DNA of 64,000 nucleotides from Halodesulfurarchaeum sp. (GCA_034520565.1 JAXHNL010000002.1:1632001-1696000); one strand, 5' to 3'; numbered from the stretch's first letter, positions 20,982 to 31,731 are shown. Numbers and translations are program-made. The notes: a model not told the origin generated them from the sequence alone.

Positions 20982-21406
20982 AAGTTGATTCGTAACACTC
21001 GGGGCTTCGATTTGCCCCACCATAAACGTTGATTCTTGCGATAGTTCCCTTGAGACCCGTATTTGTAGGTGAATCAGTGATTGTCATGCGCCGATGATTC
21101 ACACACAAGCGAGCCGTGGTACCGATACACTTGGACAGTCAAAATTCGGTCGACGGTGCATCCAACGAACCAGTCCAAACGGAACGAATTCATTCATGGC
21201 AGCGAGAACAACCACCTAACGGGCCGGTTACGGCGTTCATCCCGTCGATTACTCGATTTTTCGATATGGCGGGATGTGCCGGATGTGGTATGTAAGTTGG
21301 TACCAGGATGTACGACTCGAAAATCGTCCGCGCCCAACCATCACACGTTCTCGCGTGTCCCGAGAAAAACCACCAAGGCCTTTGTACTCGAATGGATAGA
21401 TACCCT

Positions 21407-23212
21407 ATGGATATGAAGTCGTTCGGTCTCGATGGGGTGGCAGATTTCTTCAGTTCTGATCCGGACGTGACCTTCTTCCATCCGCCAAGTATCTACGATT
21501 TCAGGGACAGAACGGAGGTAATCGGGCCGATCAGTGACGTCATTCCCTCTTCGCCGGTCTTCGAGATGTACCCGATCGGCCTGACGTCCATCGCGGATAC
21601 ACTCGAACGAAACGGATACAACGCCCAGATCGTGAACCTCGCCCACCAGATGCTGGTGGACCCGGAGTTCGACGCCGAGGCCGAAATCGAGGGATCGGCT
21701 GCCTGGGCGTTCGGGGTCGACCTGCACTGGTTACCCCACGCCCACGGCGCGATCGAGATCGCCCGGCTTATCAAGAAGCATCATCCCGAGGCACCGGTCA
21801 TCTTCGGCGGTCTCAGTTCGACGTACTTCCACGAGGAACTGATCGAATACGACGCCGTGGATTACGTCGTCCGCGGCGATTCGACCGAAAAACCCGTCGC
21901 AGAACTGATCGAGGCCCTCGAAACGGACGGCGACGTCTCCGCCGTTCCCAACCTGACGTATCAAGACGCTGGCGAAACGGTCGTCAACGCACTTACCTAT
22001 CTCCCGGACGCGTTGGACGAATCGTCCATCCCCGCCTACACCTACGCCGTCAAGTCGGTGTTCAAGTACGGAAGCATCCAGAAGGTTATTCCACACCGTG
22101 GGTGGCTGGACAAGCCGATCACGATGCTCTTGACCTCGCGGGGTTGCCGACACGCGTGTTCGTTCTGCGGCGGGAGCGATTCCTATGCCGACGTGCACGG
22201 TCGCACAGCGCCCGCCTTCCGCTCCCCGGAAAAGTTGATCGAGGACATCAGATCGATTCGGTCCTTCTCTGAGGGACCGATTTTCGTCGTCCACGACCTC
22301 CGCCAGGGCGGATGGGATTACGCGCGGGAATTCTTCGACCGATTGGCGGCGGAGAACGTGCCAAACGAATTCATCTTCGAGCTCTTCGGCCCGGCAAACG
22401 AGGAGTACTTCGAAATGATCGACGAGGCCGTCTCGAAGTACAACCTCGAGCTGAGTCCGGAATCCCACAACCCCGAGGTTCGAAAGGAAATGGGCAAATT
22501 CGCGGTCTCGAACGAGGCCATCGAGAACACGATCCGGGCCGCGCTGGCCAACGGGTGTCAGAACATCGACCTCTTCTACATGGTCGGGCTTCCCGGCCAG
22601 ACCTACGAGGACGCCGTCGGCTGTGTGGACTACGCCAGACATCTCCTCGAAGACATCGACGACGAGCGGATCATCCCGTTCGTCGCCCCGTACGCGCCCT
22701 TCCTCGATCCGGGAAGTCCAGCCTTCGAAAACCCGGAGGCATACGGGTTCACGCTCTTCGCCGAGAACCTCGAAGACCACCGGCAGCTCCTCCTCGAGCC
22801 GAGCTGGAAGCGAATGTTGAGTTACGAGACCGAACACCTCTCCCGGGACGACATCGCCGAAGCGACGTACGAGGCGGCGCGGGGCATGAGCGAGTTGAAA
22901 TACGATCACGGACTGCTCGAAAAAGAGACCTATCACACGATGATCGAGCGGCTCGATACGTCCCAGGAACTCCTCGATCGGGTCGACGAGGTCTACGAAT
23001 CCACGACCGAGACCGAACGGGAGTCTGCACTCGAATCGCTTTTCGAGGAGTACAGCGCCTTCGACGATTTCGGGGAGAACAGCATCGCCGGTGCGGACGA
23101 ACTCTGGTGGCCGAGCGAGGGATTCCGTGGCGGTCTCGCGTTGGCCCGACTCGGTGCAAAACTCCTGTTCGAAGACGTCAAACAGCGCTATACGACGCGA
23201 CGCTCGGTCTGA
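21407..23212 (+). CDS. B12-binding domain radical SAM protein (resembles TIGR04190/Ta0216 family)
   Basis: HPPSIYDFR...PSSPVFEMYPIG N-terminus, IFGGLSST cobalamin domain, SRGCRHACSFC CxxxCxxC motif. Confidence 0.85.
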   Translation: MDMKSFGLDGVADFFSSDPDVTFFHPPSIYDFRDRTEVIGPISDVIPSSPVFEMYPIGLTSIADTLERNGYNAQIVNLAHQMLVDPEFDAEAEIEGSAAWAFGVDLHWLPHAHGAIEIARLIKKHHPEAPVIFGGLSSTYFHEELIEYDAVDYVVRGDSTEKPVAELIEALETDGDVSAVPNLTYQDAGETVVNALTYLPDALDESSIPAYTYAVKSVFKYGSIQKVIPHRGWLDKPITMLLTSRGCRHACSFCGGSDSYADVHGRTAPAFRSPEKLIEDIRSIRSFSEGPIFVVHDLRQGGWDYAREFFDRLAAENVPNEFIFELFGPANEEYFEMIDEAVSKYNLELSPESHNPEVRKEMGKFAVSNEAIENTIRAALANGCQNIDLFYMVGLPGQTYEDAVGCVDYARHLLEDIDDERIIPFVAPYAPFLDPGSPAFENPEAYGFTLFAENLEDHRQLLLEPSWKRMLSYETEHLSRDDIAEATYEAARGMSELKYDHGLLEKETYHTMIERLDTSQELLDRVDEVYESTTETERESALESLFEEYSAFDDFGENSIAGADELWWPSEGFRGGLALARLGAKLLFEDVKQRYTTRRSV

Positions 23213-23255
23213 GAATCGATCCGGTCCGCCCCTTTCGGGGCCACCCGCTGCCAGT

Positions 23256-23867
23256 TCAGTTCGAATCCCGAAACGCTCGTGTTCCCTGCCTGTGCAGCGA
23301 GAGCGAGACCGATGCGACGTCCGCCGATCGCGTTTCGTGAAGTTCGACCAACCTGTCCCGAAGCGTGTCGTCAGTCCTCGCGAGAATCTGGACCGCGGAG
23401 AGCGCGGCATTGTACGATTTGCCCGCGTCGACGGCCGTGATTGGGGCTCCCGTTGGCATCCCGAGGACCGAATCGACCGACTTCTCCTGGACTGGAATCC
23501 CGATCACCGGGACGGGGTACGCGATCGACGCCGTCATGTTCGGCAGATCGGCGGATTTCCCGCCCGCACCGGCCAGGATCACGTCCAGTCCACGGGCCGC
23601 CGCCGTTTCCCCGTAGGCATACATGAGATCCGGCGTGCGGTGGGCCGAGACGACCCAGGACTCGTAGGTGTACTCGGCCTCGGGCGGTTCGTCGTAGTCG
23701 GTGAGTTCCGCGAACCCGAGATCGTCGAGTGCCTCCGAGGCCCCAGCCATGACGTCAAGGTCGGAGTCGCTGCCCATGATAATCCCGACGTCCGGCCCTG
23801 TCCCGTCTGGCCGGTCACGTGCTGCCTCCTGTTCGAATAGGTCGCGGAGTTCGGCGACGTCCGTCAT
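23256..23867 (-). CDS. purE: N5-CAIR mutase
   Basis: IMGSDSD, VSAHRTP, PVIGIP, MPTGAP. Confidence 0.95.
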   Translation of the reverse strand: MTDVAELRDLFEQEAARDRPDGTGPDVGIIMGSDSDLDVMAGASEALDDLGFAELTDYDEPPEAEYTYESWVVSAHRTPDLMYAYGETAAARGLDVILAGAGGKSADLPNMTASIAYPVPVIGIPVQEKSVDSVLGMPTGAPITAVDAGKSYNAALSAVQILARTDDTLRDRLVELHETRSADVASVSLSLHRQGTRAFRDSN

Positions 23868-23870
23868 GGA

Positions 23871-25025
23871 TCAGTCATCCCCGCCCGCGAACGTGAGTGT
23901 TTCCCTCGCCGCTTCGGCCCGACGCCGGTTCGCTTCCAGATCGGGTCCCGTCACGGTGAGATGGCCGAGTTTGCGCAGTGGACGAACCTCCCGTTTGCCG
24001 TACCAGTGAAGATGGACGCCGTCCATGTCCAACACCGATTCGACGCCGGTAAGGGAGACCGGTCGCGATTCAGTTCCGTCTCCGAGCACGTTGGCCATGG
24101 CCGTCGGCTCCCGGAGTGCTGTCGAACCCAGTGAGAGGCCCAGCACAGCCCGAACGTGTTGCTCGAACTGCGACGTGACGGTCCCCTCGATCGTGTAATG
24201 CCCCGAGTTGTGGGGTCGCGGCGCGATTTCGTTGACCAGGATCGTTCCGGCGGCTGTCTCGAAGAGTTCGATGCCGAAAACCCCCCGTCCGTCGAGGGTC
24301 GAAAGCACCGACCGGGCGACCTCGGTTGCACGATCCAATCGATCCTGACCGGTGCGAGCCGGAACGAGCGTCTCCCGAAGGATCTCCGCCTCGTGGACGT
24401 TCTCACCGACTGGATACGTGCGTCGTTCATCGGCTCCCTGGACGCCGATGACGCTCAATTCGCGCTCGAAGTCGACGAGTTCCTCCGCGATTAGCCCGGA
24501 GAGCGAGCCGAAATACGCCGTCGCGTCGTCGACGGTTTCGACCACCGCGTTGCCCCGGCCATCGTAGCCACCTCGACGGGCCTTGAGCATCAGCGGCGAT
24601 CCCAATGCTTCGAAGGCCTCCCGCAGGTCCGCCTTGCTATCGACGCCATCGTACGCCGGGACCGGGATTCCTGCCGAGTCGAGAGTTTCCTTTTCCACCA
24701 ACTTGTCCCGCGTCATTCGAAGATCGTCCGGGGCCGGCTGAACGGGAGTCCCCGTCGCTTCGATGACCGATTCCAGCGTGTCAGGGTCGGCGAGTTCGAT
24801 TTCGAGTGTGAGGACATCGACCTGCTCGGCGAGGGATTTGACCGCCGCAACGTCGTCGAAGTCGGCGACGACCTGATCACGTGCCGGTGGAAACGCCGGA
24901 CAGTCCTGGGTCGGGTCGAGAACGACCGTCTCGACTCCAAACGGACTGGCGGCCTCGCCGAGCATGCGGCCGAGTTGTCCACCACCGACGACTCCGAGGG
25001 TGACCCCCGGTGGAACGTGTTTCAT
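23871..25025 (-). CDS. purK: N5-CAIR synthase
   Basis: GGGQLGRML, GGYDGRG, NEIAPRPHNSGH, SQFEQHVRA. Confidence 0.95.
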   Translation of the reverse strand: MKHVPPGVTLGVVGGGQLGRMLGEAASPFGVETVVLDPTQDCPAFPPARDQVVADFDDVAAVKSLAEQVDVLTLEIELADPDTLESVIEATGTPVQPAPDDLRMTRDKLVEKETLDSAGIPVPAYDGVDSKADLREAFEALGSPLMLKARRGGYDGRGNAVVETVDDATAYFGSLSGLIAEELVDFERELSVIGVQGADERRTYPVGENVHEAEILRETLVPARTGQDRLDRATEVARSVLSTLDGRGVFGIELFETAAGTILVNEIAPRPHNSGHYTIEGTVTSQFEQHVRAVLGLSLGSTALREPTAMANVLGDGTESRPVSLTGVESVLDMDGVHLHWYGKREVRPLRKLGHLTVTGPDLEANRRRAEAARETLTFAGGDD

Positions 25026-25082
25026 TTGCGGATCGCTTATGGACGGACATGAATAAACGTTCCCGAGCAGCGGCCGACTTGT

Positions 25083-26732
25083 TCACGTTCGTGGGGTAGT
25101 CGAGTTTTCGATGAAGAAGATCGTCTCGGTCCCGGACGCGGTTATCTCGTAGGTCCGGGCGTCGTATCCCTCGAGACGATCCGCGAGTTCGCTGTAGTGC
25201 TCGACGCGGGCGATCACGACCGGCGGATCGCCAGCGATACCCCCTGGCGTCGTGGCACTCGCGGTACTCGCGTGAGCCCGTTCGAGATACCAGGCCAGGG
25301 GGAGTCGATTGAGCCAGTTCGAACTCGCCGGCGGCTGGTCGGCGACGGACTCCTCCGGGACCGCGAAGTGATCGCCGTAGAAGACCACGTCGGTCCCCTC
25401 GTTCTCCCGGGCGATCGATTCGATTTCGGCGAGTGTCTCCTGCAGATGCCCCGCCGGCTGTCCGTACTGGACGAGCGGGTTGTCGTCGGACTGTGGCGAC
25501 TGGAACGAGGTCGCCGCGGCAGTGATCCCGACGTGCCCGATTACTGCGATGATTACGAGCGCGGCAATCGCAATCCCAATGCGGTCCTCGTGCTTCCATG
25601 CGAAATGGGCCCGGTCGAGGACGATTCCAAGGCCGACGGCAGCGGGGATCGAAAGCGGGACAAGCGCATGAACCAGCGACCATGGAGCCGATATGTCCGT
25701 AATAGCGGGATAGAGGAGAAACACCGTCGCTCCCCAGTAGAAGCTAAACGAGACGAGGTCTCTGGGCGAATCACCGGTGTAGCGGTCGGCGAGGAACCCG
25801 ACACCGGCAAATCCGACGAGGGGGAGGCTGACGAACGCCGTGGTTTCCAGCATGTCGGTCAAATACGCGACGTAGCTGTGCTCGTGACCGCCCTGGATCC
25901 AGATGTCGATCAGTTTGTGCGCACTGCCGATCGTGGCCGCCTGGAGGACGTCGGGAACGAGGGACGGATCGGTTATCGCCCGGTAGACGTCCGGTCTGGG
26001 TGCGTAAAGCACGACCACGATCGCGAGAAATTCGACCGTTCCCACCGATAACGGGCCTCGAAATGCCCGGAGCGCAGCGTACCCCCTCACGGCGATCGAA
26101 CGAGCCCTCCCCACCCAAGACTCGCCGACCTGGCGGGCAACAAAGAGCCGGTAATCGAGTAGCAGGGCGAGTGCACCGATCCAGACGCCCACGTAGACGA
26201 GCGCGATTTCCTTTGTTCCGAACGCAAGGCCCAGGGCGAGAACGGCACCGTAAAGATAGCGTTGCCGTCGGGTCTCGATCAATCGAACGGCAAAGCCAAG
26301 CACCAGAAGCGAGAACCCCGCAACGAGTACGTCGTTTCGCATGAACCGGGAGTAATAGAGCAAGACCGGATCGACGGCCAGCAGGATCCCCACGAGAACG
26401 ACTTCGAGGTCGTCCAGTCGCGAGCGGAAGAGCCAGGCCGTGAGGGGCAACAATCCACCCACGAGTGCGACGAACCAACTGGCAACCGCGTCACCGGCTC
26501 CGAAGATCCCGAACAGGAATTCGTTGACGTGGAAGAGCAAGGGCCCGTGCACGATTGCCCGGTACTCCCAGACGCCGGTTTCGAGATACCTGAGCGTCCA
26601 GTAGCCCACGCGGGCCTCGTCCCAGTGAAACACCCGCCAGCCGAGTGTGACGAATCGAAGAACCAACGCAAAAAGGGCGACCGCGCCGAGCGCCACGAGC
26701 ACGTGGCGGCGATCGAATCGACGGCGGGACAT
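25083..26732 (-). CDS. multi-pass GT-C-like membrane protein (TIGR03663/Agl23-like)
   Basis: FHWDEARVGYW, YRAIVHGP, YYSRFMRND; many TM helices. Confidence 0.8.
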   Translation of the reverse strand: MSRRRFDRRHVLVALGAVALFALVLRFVTLGWRVFHWDEARVGYWTLRYLETGVWEYRAIVHGPLLFHVNEFLFGIFGAGDAVASWFVALVGGLLPLTAWLFRSRLDDLEVVLVGILLAVDPVLLYYSRFMRNDVLVAGFSLLVLGFAVRLIETRRQRYLYGAVLALGLAFGTKEIALVYVGVWIGALALLLDYRLFVARQVGESWVGRARSIAVRGYAALRAFRGPLSVGTVEFLAIVVVLYAPRPDVYRAITDPSLVPDVLQAATIGSAHKLIDIWIQGGHEHSYVAYLTDMLETTAFVSLPLVGFAGVGFLADRYTGDSPRDLVSFSFYWGATVFLLYPAITDISAPWSLVHALVPLSIPAAVGLGIVLDRAHFAWKHEDRIGIAIAALVIIAVIGHVGITAAATSFQSPQSDDNPLVQYGQPAGHLQETLAEIESIARENEGTDVVFYGDHFAVPEESVADQPPASSNWLNRLPLAWYLERAHASTASATTPGGIAGDPPVVIARVEHYSELADRLEGYDARTYEITASGTETIFFIENSTTPRT

Positions 26733-26854
26733 GGGCGGGCTTTCACCGCAGCAGATAAAAAATAAGCGGGTCGATCCTCACCGAGACTGGAACACCCTCC
26801 AGGGCCACGAAACCGCCGGTACACCTACAGGGATTCACCGTGTAGGCCTCGCCA

Positions 26855-27004
26855 ATGGGAACCACCATCGAGATCGACACCGAACTGTACGAACGGCTCA
26901 GCAGACACCTCGAGGAGGGCGAGACCGTCGAAGAGTTCATCGAGGAACTCCTCGCGATGTACGAGACGGAAGGGTCGTTCATGCAGGAGGGCTACTCCGA
27001 ATAA
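26855..27004 (+). CDS. small acidic 49-aa protein (RHH/antitoxin-like), absent from the ORF track
   Basis: read from the sequence: MGTTIEIDTELYERLSRHLEEGETVEEFIEELLAMYETEGSFMQEGYSE. Confidence 0.75.
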   Translation: MGTTIEIDTELYERLSRHLEEGETVEEFIEELLAMYETEGSFMQEGYSE

Positions 27005-27079
27005 CGCGATTGCACGCCGGATACCGGCACGCTGCCTAAAGGCGGTACCGTTTTGACCGCGGCGGACTGAGCCGTTTCC

Positions 27080-27481
27080 ATGGTGGTTCTTGGGCTCGTA
27101 GTCGCCGAATTCAATCGACATATCACCGAACAGATGGAGCGAGCGGCAACGGAGAAAGCCGAGGAGCTTGGTGTCGAAATCCGGGATGTCATCCACATCC
27201 CGGGTGCCTATGACGCCCCGCTCGCCGCGGACAGACTCGCCCGCAGAAAGGACATCGACGCCGTCGCAGTCCTCGGAACGATCATCACTGGCGACACGGA
27301 CCACGATCAGGTTATCGCCAACGCGTGTGCGCAGGGTCTCACTGACGTGAGCCTCTCGCGAGACACACCGGTCGCATTTGGAGTCACTGGACCTGGGATG
27401 ACCGCGGAGGAAGCCCGGGACCGAGTGGACAAGGGAGCCGAAACTGTCGAAAGTGCCGTCGCGCTTACGAGCGAACAATGA
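27080..27481 (+). CDS. ribH: 6,7-dimethyl-8-ribityllumazine synthase
   Basis: VVAEFN, IPGAYDAP, GTIITGDTDHD, PVAFGVTGPGM. Confidence 0.95.
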   Translation: MVVLGLVVAEFNRHITEQMERAATEKAEELGVEIRDVIHIPGAYDAPLAADRLARRKDIDAVAVLGTIITGDTDHDQVIANACAQGLTDVSLSRDTPVAFGVTGPGMTAEEARDRVDKGAETVESAVALTSEQ

Positions 27482-28623
27482 ACTACACAGACCGAGTCAC
27501 CCGCGTCGAACCGAGTGCCACCCTCGCGGTGAGCAACCTCGCCTCCCAGCTCGAGGCCGAAGGCGTCGACGTCGTCGACCTCTCCGTCGGCGAACCCGAC
27601 TTCGACACCCCCGAACACGTCAAAACCGCCGGTCAGGAGGCTATTGCCCGGGGCGAAACGAAGTATGCACCGTCGAATGGAATCCCGGCACTCCGTGAAG
27701 CGATCGCCGCCAGGCTTCAATCGAACGGCCTCTCCTACCAAGCGGAGAACGTGATGGTGACACCGGGAGCGAAACAGGCGCTGTTCGAGATCGTCCATAC
27801 CCTGGTTGAAGACGGCGACGAGGTCACCCTCCTCGATCCAGCCTGGGTCTCCTATTCGGCAATGGCCAAACTCGCCGGCGCGACGCTCAACCGAGTGGAT
27901 CTCAGCGCGACCGACTTCCACCTCGAACCGGCACTCGGGGACCTCGAAGCGGCGGTTTCAGACGACACCGAACTCCTCATCGTCAATTCACCAAACAACC
28001 CGAGCGGCGCCGTGTACAGCCGGGCCGCGATGAACGGGGTCCGGGATCTCGCGGTCGAACACGACATCACCGTCATCGCCGACGAAATTTATCGGGAAAT
28101 CCAGTACGAGGGCGAGCGGCTGAGCCTGGCCACACTCGATGGGATGGAAGATCGAACGATCACGGTGAACGGCTTCTCGAAGGCCTACGCCATGACCGGC
28201 TGGCGGCTCGGCTACTTCGCCGCGCCGACCGAACTGCTCGACCAGGCCGGAAAGATCCAGTCTCATTCGGTCTCATCTGCGGCCACGTTCGTCCAACATG
28301 CCGGTCTGGAGGCGCTTCAGGGGCCGTCCGAACCGACCGAGACGATGGTCTCCGCCTTCGAGGATCGTCGCGACTTGCTCCTCGAGAAAATCGGCGAGTA
28401 CGGGATCGAGGTTCCCACTCCAGAGGGTGCCTTCTACCTCATGCTTCCCGTCGACGAAAACGACGGGGAGTGGTGTACGACGGCACTCGAGGAGGCCCAC
28501 GTGGCGACGGTCCCTGGGAGTGCGTTTGGAACTCCAGGGTATGCCCGACTCTCCTATGCAGCCGACGCCGACCGGATCGCCGAGGCGATCGACAGACTCG
28601 GCGAGGCGGGCTTTTTGAACTGA
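27478..28623 (+). CDS. aspC: class I PLP aspartate aminotransferase
   Basis: GEPDFDTP, NSPNNPSG, ADEIY, GFSKAYAMTGWRLG. Confidence 0.9.
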   Translation: MNYTDRVTRVEPSATLAVSNLASQLEAEGVDVVDLSVGEPDFDTPEHVKTAGQEAIARGETKYAPSNGIPALREAIAARLQSNGLSYQAENVMVTPGAKQALFEIVHTLVEDGDEVTLLDPAWVSYSAMAKLAGATLNRVDLSATDFHLEPALGDLEAAVSDDTELLIVNSPNNPSGAVYSRAAMNGVRDLAVEHDITVIADEIYREIQYEGERLSLATLDGMEDRTITVNGFSKAYAMTGWRLGYFAAPTELLDQAGKIQSHSVSSAATFVQHAGLEALQGPSEPTETMVSAFEDRRDLLLEKIGEYGIEVPTPEGAFYLMLPVDENDGEWCTTALEEAHVATVPGSAFGTPGYARLSYAADADRIAEAIDRLGEAGFLN

Positions 28624-28645
28624 GTGTCGACACCCCGTCGACCCG

Positions 28646-29893
28646 CTACGGCCAGATACCCTTTTCCGCCGCCGCCCTCTGGATCCGTTCGATGGCGACG
28701 AGGAACGCCGCCGTTCGGAGATCCGGAACGGGCCGGTTCTCCACTGTGTCCAGTACCGTTCCGAACGCGTCTTCGAGTCTCGTTTCGAGTTCGTCGTTGA
28801 CCCTCGTTTCGGACCAGTAGTGTCGCTGTCGATTTTGCACCCATTCGAGATAGGAGACGATCACGCCTCCCGAGTTTGCCACGATGTCGGGGACGATCGT
28901 ACAGTTCTCCCGCAGTTGTCGATCGGCAGCATCGGTCAGCGGCCCGTTCGCCCCCTCCACGATCACGTCCGCCTGCACCGCCGGAGCCAGGTCGGCGTCG
29001 ATTGCCCCTTCGAGGGCTGCCGGAATCAGGACGTCCACGTCGAGAGTGAGGAGGTCGTCGTTCGAAATTCGGGTCCCGTTCTCGAAGTCCGCAATGGCGT
29101 TGCCGTCACGTTTGTGCGCTGCGAGGCGGTCGGCGTCGAATCCCGAGTCGAGTCGAATTCCTCCCGACGAATCGCTGACTGCCACGACGGTGGCCCCTCG
29201 GGCCTGAAGTAACGTGGCGGCGTACTGCCCGACGTTTCCGAAGCCCTGGATGGCGACGGTTGCTCCCCCGAGGTCTCTGTCGAGGTGGTCGAACACCATC
29301 GAGGTCGATGTCGCGACCGACCGGCCGGTCGCCTCGACTCGACCGGCACTGCCACCACTCTCGATTGCCTTTCCCGTGACCACTCCCGGCTCGCTGGTAC
29401 GTTCGAGGGTTTCGTAGGTGTCCTTGATCCAGTTCATTTCGCGCTGGCCCGTGTTCACGTCGGGTGCAGGAATGTCCCGGTCAGGGCCAATCAACGGACG
29501 GATTTCCGCAGTATAGGCCCGAGTGATCCGCTCGAGTTCCGGCGTCGAGTACGCTCCCGGATCGAGAACGATTCCACCCTTGGCCCCGCCGAGCGGAAGC
29601 CCCACGACCGCCGTCTTGAACGTCATCCATCCGGAAAGGGCAACGACTTCCTCCCGGCTGACTGCGGGATGATACCGAATCCCGCCCTTGTAGGGGCCCC
29701 GTGTGTCGTCGAACTGCGAACGGAATGCGGAAAACGTTTCGATCCGCCCGTCGTCGAGCTCGACTTCGAGGGTGGCCTCGAGTACCCGATCCGGTTCCGA
29801 AAGTCCCGACAGTTCCCCCGGCGAGAGATCGAGAGGATCCGCGGCCCGTTCGATCTGGGCCCTGAGACTCTCGAGTGGGTTCGTTGTTACCAT
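28646..29893 (-). CDS. gdhA: glutamate dehydrogenase
   Basis: [38 protein letters not shown]. Confidence 0.92.
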   Translation of the reverse strand: MVTTNPLESLRAQIERAADPLDLSPGELSGLSEPDRVLEATLEVELDDGRIETFSAFRSQFDDTRGPYKGGIRYHPAVSREEVVALSGWMTFKTAVVGLPLGGAKGGIVLDPGAYSTPELERITRAYTAEIRPLIGPDRDIPAPDVNTGQREMNWIKDTYETLERTSEPGVVTGKAIESGGSAGRVEATGRSVATSTSMVFDHLDRDLGGATVAIQGFGNVGQYAATLLQARGATVVAVSDSSGGIRLDSGFDADRLAAHKRDGNAIADFENGTRISNDDLLTLDVDVLIPAALEGAIDADLAPAVQADVIVEGANGPLTDAADRQLRENCTIVPDIVANSGGVIVSYLEWVQNRQRHYWSETRVNDELETRLEDAFGTVLDTVENRPVPDLRTAAFLVAIERIQRAAAEKGIWP

Positions 29894-29980
29894 ACGCTCA
29901 CAATCGGTGGCCCTCGAATAAGCGTGTCGCCAGTCCCGAAGAGCAGTACCGATTTATTCCCGGACCGTCGACACTTGAGT

Positions 29981-30736
29981 GTGCAAATCGTCGGATACGA
30001 GGCAGGGACGCCGGACGAGGCGGCCGCGCTTCGTCTTGCCACGGACGGGACAGTTACGACCCATCGGTTACTGCCCGGTGAGCGACTGGATTTCGGGCTC
30101 GGCCAACGCCACTGTGCAGGCCGGATCGACGACACCAGCCACGAACCGTGTGAGAACTCGAAGGCTCCGTACTGTGACGTCCATACGATCCGGTGGCCCT
30201 GTGCACAATGCCGCGGCGACTGTGCCATGCCCATCGAGGCCTGTCACGAGGAACACGCGATCTACCTGGCGGCGTTCGAACCCGACCAGTTCAAAGTCGG
30301 GGTGACCAGGCAGTGGCGACTGCAAACCCGGCTCACCGAACAGGGGGCCCGCCGGGCGGCACACATCCGGACCGTCGATAACGGACGGAGGGCCCGTCAG
30401 ATCGAGGCCGAAATCGCCAACGACGTCCCGGATCGGATCACGACCGACACAAAGATCTCGGGCCTCGGCCAGCCACTCGACCTCGATGCCTGGGAGCAGT
30501 TTCTCGGCCCGTATGGAGTCATCGAGATGTTCGATTTTGACTACGGACTCGAACTCGAAGTCCAACCGATCCCGACGACGATGGCGACCGGCCGGATCCA
30601 CGGCAGCAGCGGCCGGATTCTCGTCCTCGAGGAGGGCGAGACGACCTACGCTATCGATCTCCGGGCGCTGATCGGCTACGAGATCAGCGACGGTGGATCC
30701 GATCCGGACAGACAAACGAGCCTCGGCGCCTTCTGA
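29981..30736 (+). CDS. DUF2797-like Cys-rich conserved protein
   Basis: GTG start MQIVGY; RHCAG...YC...C..C, HAIYLA, KVGVT...RLTEQGA. Confidence 0.8.
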   Translation: MQIVGYEAGTPDEAAALRLATDGTVTTHRLLPGERLDFGLGQRHCAGRIDDTSHEPCENSKAPYCDVHTIRWPCAQCRGDCAMPIEACHEEHAIYLAAFEPDQFKVGVTRQWRLQTRLTEQGARRAAHIRTVDNGRRARQIEAEIANDVPDRITTDTKISGLGQPLDLDAWEQFLGPYGVIEMFDFDYGLELEVQPIPTTMATGRIHGSSGRILVLEEGETTYAIDLRALIGYEISDGGSDPDRQTSLGAF

Positions 30737-30780
30737 CCTGGAGCGGATAGTTTTTCAGTCGCCCCACCAAACCAGTGAGC

Positions 30781-31116
30781 ATGGCAGACGACGAGTCCGA
30801 GGACGGAAGTGAGGAGGAGAAATCGTTTCGAGAACGCGTCGAAGAGATCCGCGAAGAGCGGGCCGAAGAAGGGGAACCGGAAGGGGACCGCCGCGAACGA
30901 ATGGAAGAAATGATGGGCGGGGGCGGTGGCGGCATGGGCGGCAATCCGTTCGCCCAGATGATGGGCGGGATGATGGGTGGCGGCCCGATGGGTGGCGGCC
31001 GCAGCGAAGGTGGAGACAACGTCCGGCTGGCCCGAGAACTCGAAGCCCTTCGCGACGAGGTTTCGGCGGCGACGGACCAGCTCGAGCGGATCGCTGACGC
31101 CCTCGAAGACGAATAA
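30781..31116 (+). CDS. hypothetical acidic protein with Gly/Met-rich linker and coiled coil
   Basis: MMGGGGGGMGGNPFAQMMGGMMGGG; C-terminal LERIADALED. Confidence 0.75.
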   Translation: MADDESEDGSEEEKSFRERVEEIREERAEEGEPEGDRRERMEEMMGGGGGGMGGNPFAQMMGGMMGGGPMGGGRSEGGDNVRLARELEALRDEVSAATDQLERIADALEDE

Positions 31117-31164
31117 CTGGACTGGGCGTCGGTACGAATAATTCTGGCACTCCGTTCGAATCCG

Positions 31165-31731
31165 CTACCAGTAAAACAGGTTCTCGGAATCCGTCGGTTT
31201 CCCGACGACGTCACGGATCCTGGCCGCGAACAGGTCCCGGCTGTTCGCCGATTGCACGGTGACCACGGTGTCGGCACCGGATCCAGTCCCGCCAATGGCG
31301 AGCACTTCCTCGTCAGCTGGCACCAGCCCGGCATCACATCCCATGAGTACGATTTCGAGGGCGACTTTCGTTCCCTGGCCAAAAAGCCGAAGCACGTCCG
31401 CGACGACCTCGTGCGCAGAAAACCCGTCTTTCTCCCGGAGGGCCGATCCGACGTTGCTGAAGACCATCGGCCCGACGAACACAGAACCGCCCGCCTGTTC
31501 GATCAATTCCCGGTTCTCGGTTTGGAACTCCTGTTCGTTCGGTTCGCGATAGCCCGTCGAATGTCCGACGACGACCACGTTTCGTTCCGAAGTATCGAAC
31601 AGTCTCGCGGCCATTGCACCCGTTTCCCCGGACGTCGATGCGACCACCACGTCCGGTATTTCGTGCTCGACGGCGTACTCGCTGGCCCGTTTCAGCACGG
31701 CTTCGGTCCCCATATCGTCGGTTGGAAACAT
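31165..31731 (-). CDS. standalone pyruvate kinase C-terminal-like domain protein (MTH1675-like)
   Basis: VVVASTSGETG, LRLFGQGTKVALEIVLMGCDAG, AIGGTGSGADT. Confidence 0.8.
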   Translation of the reverse strand: MFPTDDMGTEAVLKRASEYAVEHEIPDVVVASTSGETGAMAARLFDTSERNVVVVGHSTGYREPNEQEFQTENRELIEQAGGSVFVGPMVFSNVGSALREKDGFSAHEVVADVLRLFGQGTKVALEIVLMGCDAGLVPADEEVLAIGGTGSGADTVVTVQSANSRDLFAARIRDVVGKPTDSENLFYW

